This document shows, piece after piece, positions 1-5,464 of a stretch of DNA of 5,464 nucleotides. Source of the stretch: Octopus sinensis (taxonomy: Eukaryota); the NCBI RefSeq assembly GCF_006345805.1, contig NW_021829992.1, positions 1 through 5,464 on the forward strand, read 5' to 3'. The position numbers were made by a program, and so were the translations under genes. The notes beneath the pieces are model-generated. The model ran no database searches, was not told the DNA's origin, and saw only the letters and a list, made by a program, of their open reading frames with translations. Position 1 is the first letter of the stretch. Every line of letters starts with the position of its first letter.

Positions 1-98
1 ATGCACACACACAACATGCACCACATACGCACATACTACACAACCACTCACACGCACAAAGGTGTCAAAGTATGACACACAGTTTCAAATATAGCACA

Positions 99-137
<39 letters not shown>

Positions 138-228
138 AACGAGTCACGCATATACACAAAAAAGTGTTAAAGTATGACATATACAGAGTTTAAAATATAG
201 CAAAATACAGCACACACACACACACACA

Positions 229-274
<46 letters not shown>

Positions 275-860
275 GCGCACGCACACACACACATACACAC
301 AAACAAACAAACAAAAGAAAACGATACACCCATACAGCCATAGGTACCTAGAGATATACAGCGTCACACGTACGGCAACACAATTCACACATATCACACC
401 TACACACACACACACACACACCATTGTTTACGAACACAGACAACTACATTGGTTTACAATAAAAGACATCACACACACACTTACATACATACATACTTAC
501 ATACATACATACATACATACTTACATACATAATTTACAAAACAACGTATACGCACACTTTCACATTCACACGCAGCGATGCATGCTTAAAGCCAACACAC
601 TGCATATACACACAGGTAACTACAAACACACACACACACAGACACACACACACACACCACACAGACACACACACACACATACACACACACAGATACACGC
701 TATATACACTAACAGCAAAACCATACATAAAGTCTGCTTTGACGTATATACAAACAAAACACTGCACACACACACACATACACAAACACGTACACTCACA
801 CACATGAACAAAACAACACACGTACACACACACAAACACACTTCGCACATGAAGACACAC
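1..860. repeat. Degenerate (CA)n/(CATA)n microsatellite field
   Basis: Long CA runs at about 95-131, 211-271, 402-421 and 627-690, interspersed with short unique pieces. Confidence 0.95.
482..529. repeat. (TACA)12 tetranucleotide microsatellite with two TACT variant units
   Basis: Units counted directly; TACT at 494 and 518. Confidence 0.95.
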
Positions 861-867
861 GTAGAAG

Positions 868-1344
868 CACGTACACACGTACACAAACACGTGCATACTC
901 GGACATTTACACACACACACCCACACACGCACACAGACACACAAATAACAAACAATCACACACACACACACACGAGCAACCACACATACATAATAATACC
1001 AGTCAAGTCACACGTACACACGTACACAAACACGTGCATACTCGGACATTTACACACACACACACCACACACACGCACAGACACACAAATAACAAACAAT
1101 CACACACACGCACACACACACATACACACACACACGAGCAACCACACATACATAATAACACCAGTCAAGTCACACGCACACACGTACACAAACACGTGCA
1201 TACTCGGACATTTACACACACACACACGCACAGACACACAAATAACAAACAATCACACACACACACACATACACATACACACACACACACACGAGCAACC
1301 ACACCATATACATAATAACACCAGTCAAGTCACACGTACACACG
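868..1344. repeat. Tandem minisatellite: 3 full units (143, 162, 160 bp) plus a 12-bp partial unit, with nested (CA)n tracts
   Basis: Anchor GTGCATACTCGGACATTT at 891, 1034, 1196. Anchor CCAGTCAAGTCA at 999, 1161, 1321. Unit starts at 868, 1011, 1173, 1333. Confidence 0.95.
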
Positions 1345-1600
1345 CTTCCATCTCACTCACTAACGTTATTTCTCACGACCAATGATAAGGCGGTGTATGA
1401 GGCGTGTCTTAGACAACGTGGTACTGCTGGTTGGCCAATAGCAATGTCCAGTCCGTTCAATTAATCGTTACCACCCATTGCCACGCTGTTCTTCTTACAT
1501 TCTACTTTTACTGTCGACCCCAAACGCGCTTAAAGCTTTTGAGTGTCCCCATTTTTCAAGCGACGCACTTACTATCAAGAACATGAGTGTTTTGAAGGGG
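1345..1600. promoter_or_regulatory. Candidate proximal cis-regulatory/promoter island upstream of the NK2.2 exon
   Basis: Longest non-repetitive block upstream of the ATG. It contains TGATAA (1383-1388), TTGGCCAA/CCAAT (1431-1439), CAATTAAT (1458-1465), TACCACCCA (1469-1477) and NK2-type cores (1539-1545, 1566-1571, 1584-1589). Function is inferred from motifs only. Confidence 0.4.
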
Positions 1601-1650
1601 TCTGCAAATTATTATCATTATCATTTTTTTTATTAATAGTTTATAGAAAT

Positions 1651-1815
1651 AGTTGTAGTAGTAATAGTAGTAGTAGTAGTAGTAGTTGTAGTTATTGTTG
1701 TTGTTGTGGATGTAGAGGCAGCGGCGCGGGCGGAGGCGGTGGTGGTGATTATAGCAGTAGTCATAGTAATAGTCAATTTATTAGTGTTGTTATTATTATC
1801 ATTATTATTATTATT
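1651..1815. repeat. Compound triplet microsatellites: (TAG)7 1665-1685, (TTG)4 1695-1706, GGN run 1729-1746, (ATT)8 1792-1815 with one ATC unit
   Basis: Read directly from the sequence. Confidence 0.9.
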
Positions 1816-1863
1816 AATATTTTGATTATTTATTTATTTATTTTTTTATTTTTGAAATCTCTC

Positions 1864-1869
1864 TCAGTT
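1864..1869 (+). promoter_or_regulatory. Possible initiator TCAGTT (alternatively a 3' splice acceptor ...TCTCTCAG|)
   Basis: Matches the protostome Inr TCAKTY, with AT-rich TATTTAT about 31 nt upstream. No DPE at +28. The same bases also fit a polypyrimidine tract plus CAG. Confidence 0.25.
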
Positions 1870-1950
1870 TACGTATTCACGTATTTCTCGCTTACACACG
1901 CAGGCGGCGCTTCATTCTCTTACACACATCTCACCTGTTCCGGCTGCTGG

Positions 1951-1987
1951 TCTGTCTGTCTGTTTGTCAGCTGGTCTGTTCGCCTGT

Positions 1988-2018
<31 letters not shown>
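1951..2018 (+). repeat. (TCTG)3 ... CCTGTCTG(CCTG)7 tract ending 10 nt before the ATG
   Basis: (TCTG)3 at 1951-1962 and perfect (CCTG)7 at 1991-2018. Confidence 0.95.
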
Positions 2019-2028
2019 CAGAGAGATA

Positions 2029-3583
2029 ATGGAATCGCAATTAGCTATGACCTCCGCCGTCAGTGCTGTTCGAACCAGCAGTTTCACCGTAAAAGACATT
2101 CTGGATTTACCTGAGGCGAAATCGAACTCTGCTCCACCTCCTCCGCATCCACCCCCGCACCCCCCGCCACCTCCACTACTTTCGCTTCCCTCACTCGGCA
2201 TCGTAGGCGGCGGCGGAGGTGGCGGTGGCGGTGGCGGCGGCGGCGATGGTAGCATCGTTGTTAGTTGTGATGGAAGCAACGGCGGCGGCGGCGGCGTCGC
2301 TGTCGACGGCGGACTCGATGGTAGTGTTCTCGGTGGCGTGAGTGGCATTGGTGCCGTCGGAGGTGGCGGCGGCGGTGGTGGTGGTGGTGGTGGTGGAGGA
2401 GGAGGAGATAGTAATGGTGGTGATGGCGGCGGCGGCGGCGGCGGCAGTGGCGGTGGAGGTGATGGTGTTGGTGGTAGACGTGGAGCGGCAGATTCAGTTT
2501 TGATGAATTCCGAGACGACATCTATGTTACATAATCATCATCATCTTCATCAGCAACAACAGCAACAGCACCACCACCATCATCATCACCATCAACATCA
2601 ACAGCAGCAGCAGCAACAACAACAGCAACATCATCACTCTCTTCACCATCCACAACACAACCACCACCACCATTCGCATCCACACCACCATTCGCATCAC
2701 CTCTCCCTTAACAACAGCCCCACGCTACCCGCTTCGGCCGTCGCCGCCGCCGCTGCTCTTTCCACCGGCCATCCACTCCACCATCACAATCACCATCATC
2801 ACCATCATCACAACAACAACAGTAACAACCTTCACCACCCCCATCACCAACAACACAACTCACACAGACAACAACAACAACAGCAACAACAACAAAAGCA
2901 AATAGGTGGAAACTCGACAGCCGCCATTAATACCCGGACTCACCTTGCAGCTGTTAATAATAACAACAATGATAACAACAGCAATAATGCAACAACACCC
3001 GTAAACAATAACAATAACAATAACAGCAATAATTGTAGTAATAACAGTAGTAGAAATAATAATAGTAATAATAACACTAATAGTAATAATAACAGTAATA
3101 ACAACAGTAGTAATAATAATAATAATAACTGTACAACTTCAAATCGAACCAGTCATAACAACTGCAACAGTACGACTCATAACATTACAAGCACCACAAC
3201 AAGTACTGTAACAACAACACCAACACCAACGCCAAACAACACAGCAAACGGTTGCACAACAAACATCGGCACCACAAACGCAAACACAACAACTGCAAGC
3301 AACACCACTAGCAACAACAATAACAACAGCAACAGCAGTACCAATAACAACACCAACCATAACAACAACAACATCAATATCATCGATAACAACAGCAACA
3401 GTAATAGTAATCACAACAGTACAAATGTACTGGTCAACTGTAGCGGTAGCAGCATGGTCAACGGGAACATACCAGACCTTCAGGATATTTCTGTGACACC
3501 GGTCACCCCTCTCTATTATGATGTTGCCGATAACCCTTATACACAATGGCTACAAAACAACGAAGCGATCCATTACGTGACAG
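2029..3583 (+). CDS. Nkx2-2: First coding exon (518 codons + 1 nt) of an NK2.2-class homeobox transcription factor (Nkx2.2/vnd orthologue); partial, homeodomain exon lies beyond the window
   Basis: ATG at 2029 in strong context (A at -3, G at +4). N-terminal SSFTVKDILDLP matches the vertebrate Nkx2.2 TN motif (TGFSVKDILDLP). The exon-terminal PLYYDVADNPYTQWLQNNEAIHY matches Nkx2.2 [22 protein letters not shown]. A strong donor CAG|GTAAGG follows immediately, after which the sequence becomes T-rich and intron-like. A second in-frame ATG at 2047 is a possible alternative start. Confidence 0.88.
2077..2112 (+). other. TN (tinman)/eh1 Groucho-TLE-binding motif SSFTVKDILDLP
   Basis: F-x-V/I-x-x-I-L pattern at residues 17-28. 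The 'DILDLP' ending is typical of the Nkx2.2/2.8 subfamily, unlike Nkx2.1 (DILSP) or Nkx2.5 (DILNL). Confidence 0.92.
2113..3507 (+). repeat. Coding trinucleotide-repeat/low-complexity region: Pro 2134-2175, Gly-rich 2197-2484 (G13 at 2206-2244, G16 at 2359-2406), His/Gln 2530-2700, Ala5 2743-2757, His/Gln 2770-2895, Asn/Ser 2956-3129, Thr-rich ~3133-3309, Asn-rich ~3310-3426
   Basis: Directly visible in the translation. Frame is preserved across 1395 nt of GGN, CAY/CAR, AAY/AGY and ACN repeats. Confidence 0.95.
3508..3576 (+). other. Nkx2.2-subfamily conserved motif (P-x-Y-Y-D-x-x-D-N-P-Y-T-x-W-L...H-Y)
   Basis: Translated PLYYDVADNPYTQWLQNNEAIHY aligns by eye with human NKX2-2 [22 protein letters not shown]. 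It is the only aromatic-rich, non-repetitive peptide in the distal exon. Confidence 0.85.
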
Positions 3584-3589
3584 GTAAGG
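3581..3589 (+). other. 5' splice donor CAG|GTAAGG, phase 1 (exon ends 3583)
   Basis: Near-consensus donor directly after the conserved motif. Composition switches from A/C-rich coding to T-rich sequence right after it. Confidence 0.88.
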
Positions 3590-3618
3590 AACTTTTTTTC
3601 ATTTCATTCCCTTTTTTT

Positions 3619-3706
3619 ACTACTACTACTACTACTGCTACTATTGCAGTTTTGTTTGTCTGCTTATTTGTTTGTTTGTTTGTTTGTTTGCTAGAACGTT
3701 TGTTTG
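3619..3706. repeat. Intronic (ACT)6 at 3619-3636 and (TTTG)6 at 3667-3690 with degenerate flanks
   Basis: Read directly from the sequence. Confidence 0.9.
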
Positions 3707-3825
3707 TGTGTAGACCATTTTGTAAGAGATGCATGCTATTCCGCCCCCCACCTAAAAAAAGAGTGACTTCCATTTTGTTTTGTTTTTTATGTATTTTATG
3801 CTGCATCTGTTGGGTGCCGAAAATA

Positions 3826-3852
3826 TCATCATCATCGTCGTCATCATCATTG

Positions 3853-3888
<36 letters not shown>
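3826..3888. repeat. Intronic (TCA)n microsatellite, 21 units including TCG and TTG variants; perfect (TCA)12 at 3853-3888
   Basis: Read directly from the sequence. Confidence 0.95.
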
Positions 3889-3889
<1 letters not shown>

Positions 3890-4602
3890 TACTATAAGTT
3901 ATTATTATTTTATCTCGGGAGTTGGACGAATTATCTGTTTATCACAAAGTACCACCAAATTACTTAACGACTGTATCTTCTTCTGCAACATTTGCAGCCA
4001 TGTGTCATTGTTAGAAATCAGTTTTATATAGATTTTTATTACTGCTACTCCCCTGTAGATTCAGCTTTTTGAGTCTTTTTGAATCAATGACTAGTTTGTT
4101 CACTCCGTCTAGCCTTTTCTTTTGAGAGTTATTAGGTACTTAGAAACCAAATTTGTATAGTTTGAAATTCTAAAGTATGAAAGTTTTTAAACATCTCGAA
4201 TAACTGATTAAAGAAGTACCTGTAAAGATAATCAGTTTCTTTCTTCGTAACTAATGTCAGAAAGCTGAAAATAACTTCTAAATTGAAAATTGCAACTGGA
4301 TTTTAATTCTTGTATGCTACAAAGGCCATTGGTAAAACATAAAATTTCCCCTACCTAAGTATGTACAATGTTAAAGAGTTCTACATTAATGACTAATAAA
4401 CAAAAATATAAAGAATATTATTATTCTTTTTGTAAGTACAAAGCCCATTTTTACCCAAAAGTGTTACTCTCTTGAATGCTTTCAAATCTTTTGTAAGAAT
4501 GTCTCGAGAATGTCTTTGCACAAATGTTTCTTATAAAACTGAATCTTTGCGCTTCTTCGTGAACATTTGTAGTCAATAGTTCTAATTCTTGCCATAACAT
4601 AC

Positions 4603-4623
4603 TATATATATATATATATATAT

Positions 4624-4672
<49 letters not shown>
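4603..4672. repeat. (TA)35 with a single T>G interruption at 4625
   Basis: Read directly from the sequence. Confidence 0.95.
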
Positions 4673-4677
<5 letters not shown>

Positions 4678-4867
4678 CCGGGTAATTCACGAAAAAAAAA
4701 AAACAAACAACGAAAGACGAAGGACAGGAATGAAAAAACAAAACAGATGTATTAGTATAACGCTCGGGAACTGAAAAAGTCTTTAACGTTTCGAGCCTAC
4801 GCTCTTTCACAGAAAGGAACACCAGAAAGAAACAAGGAGAGAAAAAAAGGAGAAAAACACAGAAAGA

Positions 4868-4979
4868 CATACATACATACATACATACATACATAAACAT
4901 ACATACATACATACATATATATATATATATAGATATATATATATATATATATTAATATATATATATATAATATATATAT
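4868..4979. repeat. Compound (CATA)~12 followed by interrupted (TA)n
   Basis: CATA units at 4868-4917 with a 2-nt interruption at 4896-4897; TA-rich run continues to 4979. Confidence 0.95.
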
Positions 4980-5313
4980 GTCCATTTTCTTAGTACTGTC
5001 TATTGGATAATTACTACACAAGAAGCTGTAGTCTTACACAGTAATTACAACGATTTCCGATTTTGCTTTGAAATCAGCGCTGCTAAATCATATCTAAAAT
5101 TTCTCAAATTTTTCATTGCTTAATCCAGAATTGGACAATTACTGACCATAAGCAGTTTATTTCAGAATTTTATGTAGTTACATAAACGATATAGTGTTTA
5201 AAAGTTTCGTCGTTTTACGATTCATATTTTTTTCCTATAAATGTTCAGGCTAGGGATGGCTTGCATTTGTTTCACTACTCAGGTGTGCCTGAACAGATCA
5301 ACAGTACAATCCC

Positions 5314-5464
<151 letters not shown>

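Noticed and set aside
868-1344. CRISPR-like array or transposon
   Set aside because: The context is eukaryotic, and the units are whole-length tandem copies without unique spacers. No terminal inverted repeats, target-site duplications or transposase/RT ORF were seen here or elsewhere in the window.
144-1385. ORFs 144-341, 167-424, 534-983, 620-955 (minus) and 582-1385, 1034-1315 (plus)
   Set aside because: They are His-Thr or Val-Cys dipeptide translations of (CA)n/(TG)n repeats, which contain no stop codons. No domain signal or coding-like complexity.
1388-1414. BMP/Smad silencer element (GGCG near GTCT/AGAC)
   Set aside because: GGCGTGTCTTAGAC does not fit the GRCGNC-N5-GTCT spacing, and the GTCTAGAC palindrome is broken by an extra T.
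3034-3441. Five spaced cysteines in the Asn/Thr region (3034, 3130, 3163, 3253, 3439) as a metal-binding or disulfide motif
   Set aside because: Spacing is irregular, and TGT/TGC is one substitution from the AGT/AGC Ser codons of the surrounding NNS repeats, so repeat decay is the simpler explanation.
3466-3486. CtBP-binding motif in IPDLQD
   Set aside because: Does not match PxDLS.
1920-3546. Minus-strand ORFs 1920-2348, 2261-2521, 3139-3546, 3177-3398
   Set aside because: Antisense shadows of the Gly, His and Asn/Thr codon repeats of the real exon.
1543-3897. The 784-aa ORF as a single-exon gene
   Set aside because: It starts at GTG, runs through microsatellite sequence and past a strong donor, and lacks a homeodomain. 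The real coding part is best delimited as 2029-3583. The extensions are treated only as hypotheses in the findings.
3573-5021. ORFs 3573-3806, 3780-4031, 4451-4912, 4797-5021
   Set aside because: Built on (TTTG)n, (TCA)n, (TA)n and (TACA)n repeats inside the intron, giving poly-Ile, KQTN and YI/YVCM artefacts.

Overview
Eukaryotic (metazoan) genomic DNA, AT-rich and dense in microsatellites: (CA)n, (TACA)n, (TA)n, (TCA)n, (ATCT)n. The repeat spectrum and the homopolymer-laden coding sequence resemble cephalopod or other SSR-rich invertebrate genomes, but the taxon is an inference. The one real gene is the first coding exon of an NK2.2-class homeobox gene (Nkx2.2/vnd orthologue) on the + strand. 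ATG is at 2029, the TN/eh1 motif SSFTVKDILDLP is at 2077-2112, the Nkx2.2-type motif PLYYDVADNPYTQWL...HY is at 3508-3576, and a phase-1 donor CAG|GTAAGG falls at 3583/3584. The rest of the window is intron, and the homeodomain exon is not visible. The main oddity is a ~465-aa spacer of ordered homopolymer blocks (Pro, Gly, His/Gln, Ala, His, Gln, Asn/Ser, Thr, Asn) between the two conserved motifs, where vertebrate Nkx2.2 has only about 45 aa. Upstream lie a 3-copy 143-162 bp minisatellite rich in ACGTG motifs, a short unique-sequence island with Gli-like, homeodomain, CCAAT and NK2-type motifs, a (CCTG)7 tract 10 nt before the ATG, and a stop-free in-frame stretch extending 162 codons upstream of the ATG. 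All other ORFs in the track look like repeat or antisense artefacts. No RNA gene, transposon or CRISPR feature is supportable. Motif calls and homology comparisons are by eye and from memory, not from database searches.
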